A stretch of DNA of 64,000 nucleotides from a virus: the IMG/VR virus record IMGVR_UViG_3300028840_003851; one strand, written 5' to 3'. Shown here piece by piece: positions 28,244-37,944 of this stretch. How positions within the stretch are numbered: position 1 is the first letter of the stretch; every line of letters starts with the position of its first letter. The notes under the pieces are model-generated. The model was given only the letters and a program-made list of their open reading frames with translations, was not told the origin of the DNA and did not search any database. A program made the translations under genes and the position numbers.

Positions 28244-29371
28244 CTAGTAAGATGCGACATTCGGGAAGACCAGCCCTTGGGCAACCCGGTTGTTGACTGC
28301 TCCCATGGCCTCCTCGTCCACAGGGGACACACTGGCCAGGATGCCGTCGGCATCGTTGGTGGTAGCATCGCCAGAGTAGAGCTCCAGCTTACGCATGGCA
28401 GCCACGTTAGCCAGAATCATCCCAATGTCCTCCCAAGACTGGAAGGTGATGGTGTTGGCGACCTTGTCGATGTAGAACTTGGTCTGGTTCAGGATGAAGA
28501 ACCGTCCCAGGAACTCGGGGGTGGTGAACGCGTACACGTTACCAGGACGGAGGATGTCCGTCTTGATGGTGCGGATGTACGGCTTGCCCAAGAGGGTCGG
28601 GTACTTGTACCCATCCACAGTCGTCTCCGACTGAATCTTGTCGCCGAAGTCCTCAACGGTCCATTGCAGAACGTCGAGCCAATCCACCTCCGTCAGGAGG
28701 AAGCGCTCAGACCGGAGCCTGTTGCCGTCGAGCAGCTTGAACAGGTTAACCAGGTCTGGTCTCTGGATGGGACGCACAACTGCGTCGTCGGTGGTAGCCG
28801 TACGAGCGAGCTCGCCCTTGATGACGGAGAACTCAACAACTGTTCCCGCTGTGATGGCGGTAGCGTTGAGGGTGGTAACGACACCACCATTAGCCTCGGT
28901 CTGAAGGGCCTGTACGCAAGCTTCAACGTTGATGAGGAACTCGCGGTCCTCGACCTCCTGCATGTCCTTCACCACGTTATCCTCGATAATCTTGGTGATG
29001 GGCATCGTATAGGCAAGGAGCTCTTGCTCTGTCTTCTGGTACATCTCCGAGGAGATGGTGTAGAAGGCGCACTCTGTACGCAGACCGGAGATGAACTCGG
29101 CCCTCGGCTGTCCTCGGAAGGACATCGTGAGTGCGCGGCTCTCCGGCTCGAGCTCTACAATCTTGGTGAGGGTGTCGTGGTGCACCGACACCTGGCACTC
29201 ATCCCTGGTCACCTTTTGCGGGGGGAGCACCTTTCGTGCAAATGAAACCTCGCGAAGGCGGTCACGAATGTAGTCACCACCCAGCTGGGCAATCTTGACC
29301 TTACCCTCAGGCGTCTCAGCCTGTCGGGTGAAGAGGTCGTTCATCAACTCTGCGGGAACGCCGCTAGCCAT
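28244..29371 (-). CDS. major capsid protein (HK97 fold)
   Basis: 375 aa after protease/scaffold genes; IRDRLREVSFARKVLPP, DMQEVEDREF; strongly C/G-ending codons consistent with high expression. Confidence 0.8.
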   Translation of the reverse strand: MASGVPAELMNDLFTRQAETPEGKVKIAQLGGDYIRDRLREVSFARKVLPPQKVTRDECQVSVHHDTLTKIVELEPESRALTMSFRGQPRAEFISGLRTECAFYTISSEMYQKTEQELLAYTMPITKIIEDNVVKDMQEVEDREFLINVEACVQALQTEANGGVVTTLNATAITAGTVVEFSVIKGELARTATTDDAVVRPIQRPDLVNLFKLLDGNRLRSERFLLTEVDWLDVLQWTVEDFGDKIQSETTVDGYKYPTLLGKPYIRTIKTDILRPGNVYAFTTPEFLGRFFILNQTKFYIDKVANTITFQSWEDIGMILANVAAMRKLELYSGDATTNDADGILASVSPVDEEAMGAVNNRVAQGLVFPNVASY

Positions 29372-29404
29372 GTTCTCTTCTCCTTTATCCGCTGCAGCCT
29401 AGGG

Positions 29405-29935
29405 TTAGACGGACTTCTTTACCCGCAGCTTGTCGCCGTTAAGTGTGTGGAGCTTGGAGACGTAGCAAGCGATGGGGTCTGCATCGACTCCAAGGCCGCC
29501 ATGACCTACCAGCCCAGAAAAGATTCGGGTACCGGCGCCACCTGGCTGGATGCTGGCAACCTTCAAGGGCTGCCCGTGATAGGTGATAGCCGCCCCTGCG
29601 CCAACAACGGCAGTGGCGTCAAACACGCGCGTATCAGCCTCCCAATCACGGTTCCACCACACCGGTACCTTACCGCCGCTCATAGCACGGACATCCGTCC
29701 GTCCTCTCTCAGCCCAGAGAGGATAAGCGGGTCGGGTTGCTACGTTACCCACGGCAGCCACACTGGCTGCACGCACGAGGGAGTACGCAGTGTCCTGAAC
29801 CGCTAGCCACTCACCATCGATGAGGTAGAGCGCGTTGTAAGGGTCCAGAAGGGTCTTGTCTGCCAGAGGGATATCCCGTCGGTCGATAGCCAAGAGGTCC
29901 GAGACGGGCTCCCAGTTGTTTCTCTGAATAGCCAT
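29405..29935 (-). CDS. capsid cement/minor head protein (putative)
   Basis: 176 aa immediately upstream of the MCP. Confidence 0.45.
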   Translation of the reverse strand: MAIQRNNWEPVSDLLAIDRRDIPLADKTLLDPYNALYLIDGEWLAVQDTAYSLVRAASVAAVGNVATRPAYPLWAERGRTDVRAMSGGKVPVWWNRDWEADTRVFDATAVVGAGAAITYHGQPLKVASIQPGGAGTRIFSGLVGHGGLGVDADPIACYVSKLHTLNGDKLRVKKSV

Positions 29936-29963
29936 TGTTTGTCCTTATCTGGGATGGGGGCTG

Positions 29964-30338
29964 TCAGCCAACATCTCCTAGTCGACCTCCCAGGAGGAAC
30001 TGCTCAAAGGGGTGTAGCGCCCCTCCTTGCGGTTCGTCACTGGCAAGGCTCGCCGTTTTGCTGCCCATGTTGGGCGGGAACATCTTCATCGCTTCCTTGA
30101 TGACGGGGAGCTGCCCATCTCGAGACTGCTCCTCCAGGTAAGCAGACAGGTCCTCAAGGGACTTGTCAGCATACGCACCTTGAGAGTGCATGGCATGTGC
30201 AAGCTTCTCAGCCTCCATGCGCCTCTTTAGCTCCTCGAGCTCCCTCACAGCTGCATCACGCTGTGCTGCAAGCTTGGTGAGAGCGATAGAGCCATCACTC
30301 ATGATGCGTTGAATCTCTGCAGCGCTTAGCTTTCTCAT
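29964..30338 (-). CDS. scaffold-like helical protein with K-x-A sites
   Basis: TKLAA, EKLAH, SKTAS; C-terminal hydrophobic-acidic helix (HPFEQFLLG). Confidence 0.55.
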   Translation of the reverse strand: MRKLSAAEIQRIMSDGSIALTKLAAQRDAAVRELEELKRRMEAEKLAHAMHSQGAYADKSLEDLSAYLEEQSRDGQLPVIKEAMKMFPPNMGSKTASLASDEPQGGALHPFEQFLLGGRLGDVG

Positions 30339-30345
30339 GACCTCC

Positions 30346-31779
30346 TCACATTCCCGTAGGCATGCTGCCGCCTGGCGTAGGAGGAGGACCCTGGAATGAC
30401 GCCGGGCTGGTCATTGACATCTGGGACTCCTTCTCCTTCTTCATCTCCTGGGCTCGAAAAGGCATCGGCTTCTTCTCGCCGTTACCCTTCTTGCCCTCCC
30501 CATTGCCGTTCTCCTTGGACTCCTCGTCCTTCTTCTCCTCTTCCTTCTTCTGCTCCTCCTCTTGGGCGAGCTTCATAAGGAGAGCGCGTGCTGCAGCAAT
30601 CTGATGGGCATTCTTGGCCATGGAGATTTTCGCACCAGCCTCCTGCGTATGGTCCAAGGTCTGCTGCAACGTAGAGTCTGTGCTGGCAGACATGGCGGGC
30701 TCAGTCACAACCTGCTCTACATCGCTGATTGGGTCCTTCTTCGCCTGAACCTTCTTGTAGCCGATGGCAGACTGGTTGCTAGAAATCATAGACTTCTGAC
30801 TGGTGACGTCAGAAGGCTCCGCAGGTGTTCCCTCTCCAACCTGAGTAGCGGGAGGCGGTACCTCCTTCTTCCCAGATACCTGAGCGGGGTTGATGGCGTC
30901 CTCTGCTAGCTTGCGCAGAATAGCTACAGGGGCACCCGCAACACTGCTCGTCTTCTTAAGCTTTCCAATAGCTCCAAGAACCCGCCGAACAGAGGCGCTC
31001 TTAGCAGTCATGTCTGTAGCCTCTGGGATTGCGCTAGGAGGCTGGACTGCCGCTTGCTGGTTCTTGATTGGCTCTGTGGGGTACGGCGGAAGGTGCGTCT
31101 CGTCGTTGGTTTGAAGCCCTGTGTTGGCTTTACCAGTCTGCTTCTTCTCAGGCTGAAGAGGAGGGTTCATTGGGGCTTGATGTGCCGCAGTGGCCTGCCC
31201 TTGGTCCCCTGGCCCAGGCATCTTGTCTGTCTTGTTAGATGCCATGACGTCGAGGGCACCAGGGCCCTCGCCTACAACCTGAACCTGGCCCTCCTGCGCT
31301 AGCTTCGCAATGTAGCTCATTGCTCCCGCAAGCTTAGAGGCCATCTCTGTGCTGATGTAATCAGAGGACTGAGCGGCTTCCTTCTGTCGCTCCTCCCCTA
31401 GCTGTCTGCTCGCCTCCACAGAGACAGCAACCTTATCCATGGTACCTTCCATGGCAGATGCCATCAGCTCCTGAAGGCTAGGTCTTCCTATCATCGTCGT
31501 CATGTTGACCTGTGCTGTCTTCCTCGGAAGGAACGCAGCCCCTAGAGGAGGGACTGTCTTCTGATTCATTCCCACCGACGTGGTTGGGGGTGTTCCCGTG
31601 TTCACCTTTGAGTACGTGGTCCTTGGGGCAAGCCCTTTCGGGCCTGTTTGCCCAGGCGCTGGCTTGTTGGCTGATGCAATAGTAGGCACAGGGGCTATAG
31701 CCGATTCCGACTGTACCGGGTCGGATGTGCCCGACCCTATTGCCTTGCTCAGCTTCACCCATGTGCCTACTCCGTTCAT
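30346..31779 (-). CDS. scaffold/internal head protein with many K-x-A sites
   Basis: RKTAQ, DKVAV, QKEAA, SKLAG, AKLAQ, AKSAS, RKLAE, MKLAQ; low-complexity Pro/Gln/Glu segments. Confidence 0.6.
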   Translation of the reverse strand: MNGVGTWVKLSKAIGSGTSDPVQSESAIAPVPTIASANKPAPGQTGPKGLAPRTTYSKVNTGTPPTTSVGMNQKTVPPLGAAFLPRKTAQVNMTTMIGRPSLQELMASAMEGTMDKVAVSVEASRQLGEERQKEAAQSSDYISTEMASKLAGAMSYIAKLAQEGQVQVVGEGPGALDVMASNKTDKMPGPGDQGQATAAHQAPMNPPLQPEKKQTGKANTGLQTNDETHLPPYPTEPIKNQQAAVQPPSAIPEATDMTAKSASVRRVLGAIGKLKKTSSVAGAPVAILRKLAEDAINPAQVSGKKEVPPPATQVGEGTPAEPSDVTSQKSMISSNQSAIGYKKVQAKKDPISDVEQVVTEPAMSASTDSTLQQTLDHTQEAGAKISMAKNAHQIAAARALLMKLAQEEEQKKEEEKKDEESKENGNGEGKKGNGEKKPMPFRAQEMKKEKESQMSMTSPASFQGPPPTPGGSMPTGM

Positions 31780-31797
31780 CGTACTAGCTTCTACCTA

Positions 31798-32661
31798 CTA
31801 CTCCCAGGACACGGGGTAGCCTGCGAGCTCCATCAGCTCGTAAGCGCGAATCTCGATTGCTTGGTCTGTGTCAGCTGCATGGGCAATCTTCTCAGACTCA
31901 CCCGCACCGAGGGTAAGAACAGCGTTCAAACGCTCAGCAGCCTCTTCCTCGTTCCACTCGGCCTCTGCGAGCTTCTCGTAGGCTACATGGGCTGCAAGCT
32001 TGTCAATGGCAGCAGAAGCGGTCTTACCCTTACCCTTCTTCTCCAACTTAGATGCTCCGTATGCCGTGCCTCCAGCTGCTAAGCCTGCACCTCCATAGGC
32101 GCCAGCAGTCTCTGCTGCGCCAGCTAGGAGCTTCTTCTTCTCCCTGGCCAGAGGAGCGTAGTCAGAAGGCACCTTACCGGCCTTCATCCTCTTTATCTCT
32201 CCAGCAGCCTCTCGGGCCTTCTTCCCTGTAGCCACATCCTTAATCTTGCCCGCCACACCCTTAAGCTTGCCAGCTGCTCCCGCGGCGTACTCACCCAGGT
32301 TGGACAGATTCCCAGCAACCTTCTCAATCTCCTGTAGCTCTGCGTAGAAGGCGTGTGCAGCTTGCTGACCGAACGCCTCTGCTTGCTTCTGCATGTCGGT
32401 TTGAGAGGCCACACCAGAGAACTCCTCATTGGCCTGAGCGTAGAGCTGCTGAAGCTGCTCATCACTGGCCTCAGCGGTCTTCTCCTCTTCACCCTCGAAG
32501 GTGGCGTTCCACAGCTCTGCAATCTGCTCATCAGAGAGCTGACTGATGTCGATGCCGTTGTCTACGGCGAGCTTCACAAAGGCCTCTGCCTGTGCGGTCT
32601 TCTCTAGGTTCTCATCGGCGCCGGGGGTGCCGTACATCTCTGCGAAAAACTGATTCATCAT
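31798..32661 (-). CDS. scaffold/internal head protein with at least 9 K-x-A sites
   Basis: EKTAQ, VKLAV, EKTAE, QKQAE, EKVAG, GKTAS, DKLAA, EKLAE, EKIAH. Confidence 0.65.
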   Translation of the reverse strand: MMNQFFAEMYGTPGADENLEKTAQAEAFVKLAVDNGIDISQLSDEQIAELWNATFEGEEEKTAEASDEQLQQLYAQANEEFSGVASQTDMQKQAEAFGQQAAHAFYAELQEIEKVAGNLSNLGEYAAGAAGKLKGVAGKIKDVATGKKAREAAGEIKRMKAGKVPSDYAPLAREKKKLLAGAAETAGAYGGAGLAAGGTAYGASKLEKKGKGKTASAAIDKLAAHVAYEKLAEAEWNEEEAAERLNAVLTLGAGESEKIAHAADTDQAIEIRAYELMELAGYPVSWE

Positions 32662-32706
32662 GATGATTTCTTGCTCCAAAAGATTAGTGGATGTTTCTCG
32701 CGCTAT

Positions 32707-35643
32707 CTACGAGGGGCGTCCCCTCTCCACGCCGGCCACACGGCCTGTTGCCCCCGGCTGCCCTACCTCATCCCAGTAAGCGTGATGTATGTAGTGTACA
32801 GCTAGTGGGGTAAATATTGAGTCTACGGGCGCACTAGCCTGCTTCTCTAGCTCTCCTAGGTTAGCTGTCAGACCTTGTGTTTGCGCCACTAGCTCCAGTG
32901 CTCCACTACGGTAACCGTTGTATGCAGCTCCAATCTTATGCAGGAGCTCCGGTGTATGGGAAGAGCACGAAGCTTCTTTCTTCGGTGTAAAAGAGGATAG
33001 AACAACTACTCTTCTCTCTATCTCAGGCCCCAAAGCTGACCGATGGGCAAGGAGAGGGAGTAGTAGCCTAGCGAGGGAGGGCATGAACAGCTCAGGAGCC
33101 ATGTGAGGGCACACACGTTCAGCCATACGAGGAAACACAGTGCCTCTCCCCTCCAGCTCATCTGCCTCATCCCTTCTACCCATACGTGTTAAGAGTATAC
33201 GCTGAAACTCTCTAGGACGTAAAAGCACGCCCATGCCTGCTGTAGTAGATAGAGCGTTGCCCAGGGGTACATCGCTCAGCGCCTCAAGGACCTCTCTCGG
33301 GATATCCCCTTCCGCCTGCGTAAGCAGAGGTACAGCCTTACCCGCAAATTGACTTGGAACGACATCCTTCTTAATCTCAGCGCTCTTTGGCTTTGCCAGC
33401 TTGCCAAAAGCAGTCTTGAGTATGAGGTCATCTAGTGATGCTACCTTGTCCTTTATCGGCTTGTCCTTAGGCAACCACCCGTTCTTACGCCTGGTCTCGT
33501 ATCTGGTCTTCCAGCTCCAAGCATGTGGTGGCTTTCTCTCTGCGCTCTTCTCTAGCGTAGCATCCACCGGCTCCCCAACGACCATATCTCTCGGCTCATC
33601 CTCAGCAGGGACACCCATCCTAGAGATGTACATCATCACCTTGGCAATCTTATCTGCACCGATGAAGACGAAGGAGATGTCAAAGAAGCGAGGGAAGTCG
33701 TTGTAGACCCAAACCTTCCTGCCATCAGGAAGGATACGGTTCATCATCTTGCGTGCGTGCTCGCAGTAATCCGCTCGAGTGATAGACAGACCCCTGATGC
33801 CAACACCATCCTTGGCTTTCTTAGCCTTGTGGTAGATAAGAACAGCCTCACCAGGATGCTTGTGCTTCCCGTCCTTGTAGGTAAGCAGTGCCTTAGTGTA
33901 CTCGTCCCAGTCTAGACAGATTGCACAGGTGTCGTACGGAACTTTCGTGTTGTGCGTAGCAATGAGCTCTGAGACGTAGCTGTCGTCACCCTTTACAGAG
34001 ATATTGAACACATCATCTCTGTAATCCTCCTCTACAATCTCCAGTATCGGGGAAAGGATGTATTTGGTCCCTTCGTACTCGTAGAAGAACCGCTGACCCC
34101 TTACCTTCTTAGAGGCACGTACAGGCTTCCTGGTGTACGGACCGATAACAGGTGAGAAGTCTGTACCAACCCACACCTGGTACTCTACAGTTTCCTTCCG
34201 CACAACAGACCGTGCAGACGGTATGTGATTGATGGTGTTGATGGAGCTAATCATTCCGCACCTAGCTAACGCTACAAATAGCTGGTCTGCAAGCTGCTCA
34301 GACGATGTAGAGAAGTACGCGGAGCCTTTGTAAGTGCCCCCATCTCCATCCAAGTAAGCCCCAAGAAACGCCTTCTGCAGCTCTGTGCACATATACAGGG
34401 CCTCTCTAGACAGCTGCTTTGTCTTAGCGCCGGAGCCGCAGAAACGAAGGCATCTGTCTGCTAGCTCCTTGCTAACCACTGTTACGTAGCGACCCCCCCT
34501 GTCCTTGTCCTCGCTATGCCATGAGACAGTAGCTCCCAGCTTCCTCCCCAAAGACTCTATCTCCTCTGCTAGCTCCTTCTCCTCAAATCCAAGGCTGAAG
34601 GTGATTTGCTCCAAAGGATGGTCGTTGTAGCTGCCAACATGCCCTCCTGCTAGGTAGAATCCAAGAAACCTAGCCTCGTCCACGCTGCTTACGGTGGCAT
34701 CTACCGCAGAGGGGACCGGGAACGCTACGTAGTCCCCTACCTCTGCTTCGTCTGCGCGCACCCACTCAAAGCCGTATCTAGGAGTAGTCTCGCAGCCCAT
34801 ACACCCCTTACCTCTGGACTTGACCAGAGGAGTGCAGTGCCGCTGCTTGCGCCCCTTGTTGACTCCTGCCGTAGGCTTACATACCAGCTGCTCCCCCCGT
34901 ACCAACCACAACGGGTGGTTCTCTGTTAAGCAGAGCTCCCTAGGAAACCCGTACGCCTTAAATCTGTATAGGGTACCCTCGTACTGGTACCTAAGGGCCT
35001 CCTCGACACAGCACACCTTCCCCACGTGCGTGATTACCTGGTCCCCTTCCTGCATGCACTCCATCTGCTTAAAAGAGCCATCCGCAAGCATTACGCGAGT
35101 ACCCGCAGGAACGCATCCCATCGACACATCTGGATACTTACCGGATATCAGCTTGTCCCAGACCCCTATTCCCCCGAACTGCTGGCACCTCTCATGGTCT
35201 ACACGCACAATCAGCTCTACACGCTTCATGTGCTCGTTCCATGCTGCTAGCTCTACCCCACCGAACGCCCTCTTTGGGTCCTTATTTCTGTGGTGCGCGT
35301 ACGGATGCGCCAGATAAAAGGTGGGAAAACCATACGGCCAGGTTCTAGCACGAGCTCTATCCACAAGCGGGTTCCCCGTCCAGTCGCTGGGCTTGTGGAT
35401 GAGGGCGGCCTCTGGAAAGTGGTCCCCGTTGATATTCGAGCCGTAGTACTCCCCGGCGCCCATGGCGTTGACGAGCACGTACTGAGAGTCGTTTCTAGGC
35501 TGTAGCGTCGCAATATACTCGACCACCTCTGGTAAAAGGGTAGGGGCTGCCGTCTTCTCGAACTCTGAGTCGGCAGGTCCAAATAGAGGGATAGCCGTTG
35601 GGCCGGTCTCTGCGTCGCCTAAGAAGTGTGAGTACTTGAGCAT
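32707..35643 (-). CDS. prohead (capsid maturation) protease containing an intein
   Basis: HHRNKD...GGV, VELIVRVD and DVSMG-[intein]-TKVPYDTCAIC pattern of phage prohead serine proteases; first gene of the head cluster. Confidence 0.7.
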   Translation of the reverse strand: MLKYSHFLGDAETGPTAIPLFGPADSEFEKTAAPTLLPEVVEYIATLQPRNDSQYVLVNAMGAGEYYGSNINGDHFPEAALIHKPSDWTGNPLVDRARARTWPYGFPTFYLAHPYAHHRNKDPKRAFGGVELAAWNEHMKRVELIVRVDHERCQQFGGIGVWDKLISGKYPDVSMGCVPAGTRVMLADGSFKQMECMQEGDQVITHVGKVCCVEEALRYQYEGTLYRFKAYGFPRELCLTENHPLWLVRGEQLVCKPTAGVNKGRKQRHCTPLVKSRGKGCMGCETTPRYGFEWVRADEAEVGDYVAFPVPSAVDATVSSVDEARFLGFYLAGGHVGSYNDHPLEQITFSLGFEEKELAEEIESLGRKLGATVSWHSEDKDRGGRYVTVVSKELADRCLRFCGSGAKTKQLSREALYMCTELQKAFLGAYLDGDGGTYKGSAYFSTSSEQLADQLFVALARCGMISSINTINHIPSARSVVRKETVEYQVWVGTDFSPVIGPYTRKPVRASKKVRGQRFFYEYEGTKYILSPILEIVEEDYRDDVFNISVKGDDSYVSELIATHNTKVPYDTCAICLDWDEYTKALLTYKDGKHKHPGEAVLIYHKAKKAKDGVGIRGLSITRADYCEHARKMMNRILPDGRKVWVYNDFPRFFDISFVFIGADKIAKVMMYISRMGVPAEDEPRDMVVGEPVDATLEKSAERKPPHAWSWKTRYETRRKNGWLPKDKPIKDKVASLDDLILKTAFGKLAKPKSAEIKKDVVPSQFAGKAVPLLTQAEGDIPREVLEALSDVPLGNALSTTAGMGVLLRPREFQRILLTRMGRRDEADELEGRGTVFPRMAERVCPHMAPELFMPSLARLLLPLLAHRSALGPEIERRVVVLSSFTPKKEASCSSHTPELLHKIGAAYNGYRSGALELVAQTQGLTANLGELEKQASAPVDSIFTPLAVHYIHHAYWDEVGQPGATGRVAGVERGRPS
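33949..35115 (-). mobile_element. intein (389 aa) with LAGLIDADG-type endonuclease domain
   Basis: Starts CVPAGTRVMLADG (block A), LTENHP (block B), AFLGAYLDGDG (block E), VFNISV (block F), ends THN before Thr+1. Confidence 0.92.
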
Positions 35644-35683
35644 GGGGTCTCTTCAAGTGTAAAAGTTAGATGCGAAAAAGGGA

Positions 35684-35697
35684 ATAAGAGCCCTGGT
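35684..35697 (+). promoter_or_regulatory. ATAAGA-N4-TGRT promoter-like motif, copy 1
   Basis: ataaga gccc tggt upstream of 35728. Confidence 0.55.
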
Positions 35698-35727
35698 ACC
35701 CCAGACACGAACAGTAAGGAGTAAAAG

Positions 35728-35997
35728 ATGACTGCAGACAAAGAGCAAGCAGAAGAGCGGTTGAGTGACGACACCCTAGCGGATGTCACCGTAAACGACA
35801 TCTACAAGAACAAGGCGCTTCTGATAGCGCGCCTGGAGGAGCTTAGAGAGAGAAAGCTGATGGCGGCTGAAAGGGAGGTAGATGAGCTGATAGATAAATG
35901 GATAGAGGAGGAGGCTAGGAGACGAATAGCGTCCCTGCAAATCCTTATAGAGGAGGTACAGTACGCTAAGAAAGTGAAGGAAGGAGCAAATAGATGA
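35728..35997 (+). CDS. small acidic coiled-coil protein
   Basis: AAGGAG RBS; 89 aa. Confidence 0.65.
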   Translation: MTADKEQAEERLSDDTLADVTVNDIYKNKALLIARLEELRERKLMAAEREVDELIDKWIEEEARRRIASLQILIEEVQYAKKVKEGANR

Positions 35998-36239
35998 GCA
36001 AGAAGAGAAAGGTTCCTGACCTCTGGCTTGCTGGGAAGGTTACGGCAGCTGAGCTGTACGATAGTCTGGAGGGGGATAGGGAGAACATTGTAACCCTGTT
36101 AGATGAGCTCCGAGAGCACATTAACTGGTTACACAGAGAGGATGCCGCTCTCGCAGCCAAGGTATTCACCAGAATGGCTGAAACTGCGTGGAGCAGGGCC
36201 GCCGCCAGAAGGGGTAAGCATGGCAACGATGAATACTGA
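35994..36239 (+). CDS. hypothetical protein
   Basis: ATGA overlap; AAGGAG RBS. Confidence 0.6.
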   Translation: MSKKRKVPDLWLAGKVTAAELYDSLEGDRENIVTLLDELREHINWLHREDAALAAKVFTRMAETAWSRAAARRGKHGNDEY

Positions 36240-36459
36240 CGGTCTAGACGACTGTGAGATTGCGGAGAAGCTAGTGGATGAGTGGGCAGATGGAGAGCTA
36301 TACGTCAACGATATGTTCGACTGTTTAGCCCGCCACCCGTCCTGTGTGGAGAAAGTCAAGATGGAGGTGGCGAAGAGGATGGACATCCTACAGCTACTTC
36401 TAAACGAGATACGTGATGCGGAGAGAGATACGGAGAAGAAGGAGACCAACAATGAGTGA
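36220..36459 (+). CDS. hypothetical acidic protein
   Basis: Start moved to ATG 36220. Confidence 0.55.
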   Translation: MATMNTDGLDDCEIAEKLVDEWADGELYVNDMFDCLARHPSCVEKVKMEVAKRMDILQLLLNEIRDAERDTEKKETNNE

Positions 36460-36661
36460 ATACAGTGAGACAGAGAAGAGTAGAGAGCGTGATGAGATTG
36501 AGCTTCTAAGAAATGAGCTTGAAGAGGCTCGTGCAGAGCTCGTCAAGCTAAAGGTAGAGATAGTCGGTCTCCAGAAGAGTGTAGAGACCGTAACGGAAAT
36601 GTACGTTCAGGAGGTGAGGCTTAACGCCGCCTCCGAGGCAAGGAGACAGACAGAGGAGTAG
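36452..36661 (+). CDS. coiled-coil protein
   Basis: AAGGAG RBS before ATG 36452. Confidence 0.55.
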   Translation: MSEYSETEKSRERDEIELLRNELEEARAELVKLKVEIVGLQKSVETVTEMYVQEVRLNAASEARRQTEE

Positions 36662-36670
36662 ATAATAATG

Positions 36671-36741
36671 AGAGGAGCGCATGCGCTCCTCTTCTTAGCT
36701 ACGTAAAATAAAGGCGTAAAAGAGAGCATAAGATTAATGAT
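36671..36741 (+). promoter_or_regulatory. terminator hairpin + TTAGCTACGTAAAA + promoter motif cassette
   Basis: agaggagcgc-at-gcgctcctct hairpin; ataaga ttaa tgat directly before ATG 36742. Confidence 0.6.
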
Positions 36742-36942
36742 ATGGAAGAGCTAAACGAAAGAATCAGAGAGAATGTCCGACAACAGAATACGGTCCACTC
36801 CGTAATGGAGTGGACCACATCAAGCTCCCTTTACAGGGAGCTAGCAGAGGAGATACAGAGACTGGAGGAGGAAGAGAGGAAGATGAAGAAGGAGAGGGAC
36901 ATGTTACTGGAGGATAGGGAGAGGGAGGAAGAGTATCTTTGA
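36742..36942 (+). CDS. small acidic protein, probably leaderless
   Basis: 66 aa; no RBS, ATG abuts the promoter motif. Confidence 0.55.
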   Translation: MEELNERIRENVRQQNTVHSVMEWTTSSSLYRELAEEIQRLEEEERKMKKERDMLLEDREREEEYL

Positions 36943-36946
36943 TAGT

Positions 36947-37011
36947 GGGGCCTCGGCCCTTTAGCTACGTAAAAGAAAGTACGGGGTAAAAGGCTGCATA
37001 AGAATACTGAT
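36947..37011 (+). promoter_or_regulatory. terminator hairpin + TTAGCTACGTAAAA + promoter motif cassette
   Basis: 14-bp exact repeat of 36695..36708; ataaga atac tgat overlapping ATG 37010. Confidence 0.6.
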
Positions 37012-37156
37012 GGAGAAGCTAAAGAGTTTATCTGATGCAGCCCTGCGGCGTATTAAGTACTACGCAGAGGGAATAAACGACCGACTAGATAAGATGATAA
37101 GGGAGGAGATGCAAAGAAGGGAGGATGAGCTACCTGATACAGTCAGGTACGCATAG
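37010..37156 (+). CDS. 48-aa protein, probably leaderless
   Basis: MEKLKSLSDAALRRIKYYAEGINDRLDKMIREEMQRREDELPDTVRYA. Confidence 0.5.
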   Translation: MEKLKSLSDAALRRIKYYAEGINDRLDKMIREEMQRREDELPDTVRYA

Positions 37157-37166
37157 TCTACAGTGA

Positions 37167-37202
37167 AGGAGGGGTGAGCTACCCCCCTCCTCTTCTTAGC
37201 TC
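37167..37202 (+). terminator. terminator hairpin with TTAGCT tail
   Basis: ggagggg...ccccctcc stem then tcttcttagct. Confidence 0.55.
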
Positions 37203-37209
37203 CGTAAAG

Positions 37210-37944
37210 CTACTCCCTCCAGCTCTTGGGCTGATTATGCGCCTTGTTCTGGGCAGCGAGCATCTTCTCCTTGGCCGTCTCTATATCGAAAGGCATCTTC
37301 TGCAGCTGACCCTTTTGGACCTCCAGCTGCCCAGGATGCAGCTCAGCCTTCTGACCCAGCTCGAGCATCTTGGCCCCATGCATCTGCTGCTCCCTCTCCG
37401 TCCTACCTGGCATGCCTGCAATCTCTGCCGTAAGCTTCTGCTCTTGGAGAGCGCGCATCTTCTCCATCGGGTCAGCCATGCCTAAGAGCTGCGTGGCCCT
37501 TGTCCCCGGCTGCTCTCTAGGTAGCCCACCTAGAGACTCTACGATGACCTTGCCCGCTACCTCAGGCTGTAAGCTCATCTGCCTCATGTACGTTCCGGCT
37601 ACCACAGGGTCTGACGCGAACTGAGGGTTGATGGCGCGCAGAGAGCTGTAGTGGGAGTTGAACTGCTTGACGTTGTCTCTCTGCAGCTGCTTTAGGTCGG
37701 GGTTCGTATCCATCATGGCGTTGAAGTCACGGTTCTTCGTAACTGCGTAGTACGCCTTCTCTGCTATACGCCCAGGTAGGTCTAGGCCCGTAGCGAGCAT
37801 GGTTGCCCCCGCAGTGATGCCGATGTTCTTGGGGGAGAGCATCTCGGAGAATCCCTTCCCTACATCCTTCATCCCTTTACCAACGCCAGACAGCCATCCA
37901 GCTTCCTTCTTAGCTGTGAAGTACTCATCAATTGGGTTGCTCAT
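37210..37944 (-). CDS. internal head protein with K-x-A site (putative)
   Basis: KKEAG followed by WLSGVGKG amphipathic segment and a hydrophobic helix. Confidence 0.6.
   Translation of the reverse strand: MSNPIDEYFTAKKEAGWLSGVGKGMKDVGKGFSEMLSPKNIGITAGATMLATGLDLPGRIAEKAYYAVTKNRDFNAMMDTNPDLKQLQRDNVKQFNSHYSSLRAINPQFASDPVVAGTYMRQMSLQPEVAGKVIVESLGGLPREQPGTRATQLLGMADPMEKMRALQEQKLTAEIAGMPGRTEREQQMHGAKMLELGQKAELHPGQLEVQKGQLQKMPFDIETAKEKMLAAQNKAHNQPKSWRE

Noticed and set aside
27944-29245. 433-aa plus-strand ORF antisense to the major capsid gene
   Set aside because: Shadow ORF: the MCP uses C/G-ending codons and few TTA/CTA/TCA, leaving the antisense frame open; no RBS or recognisable motif
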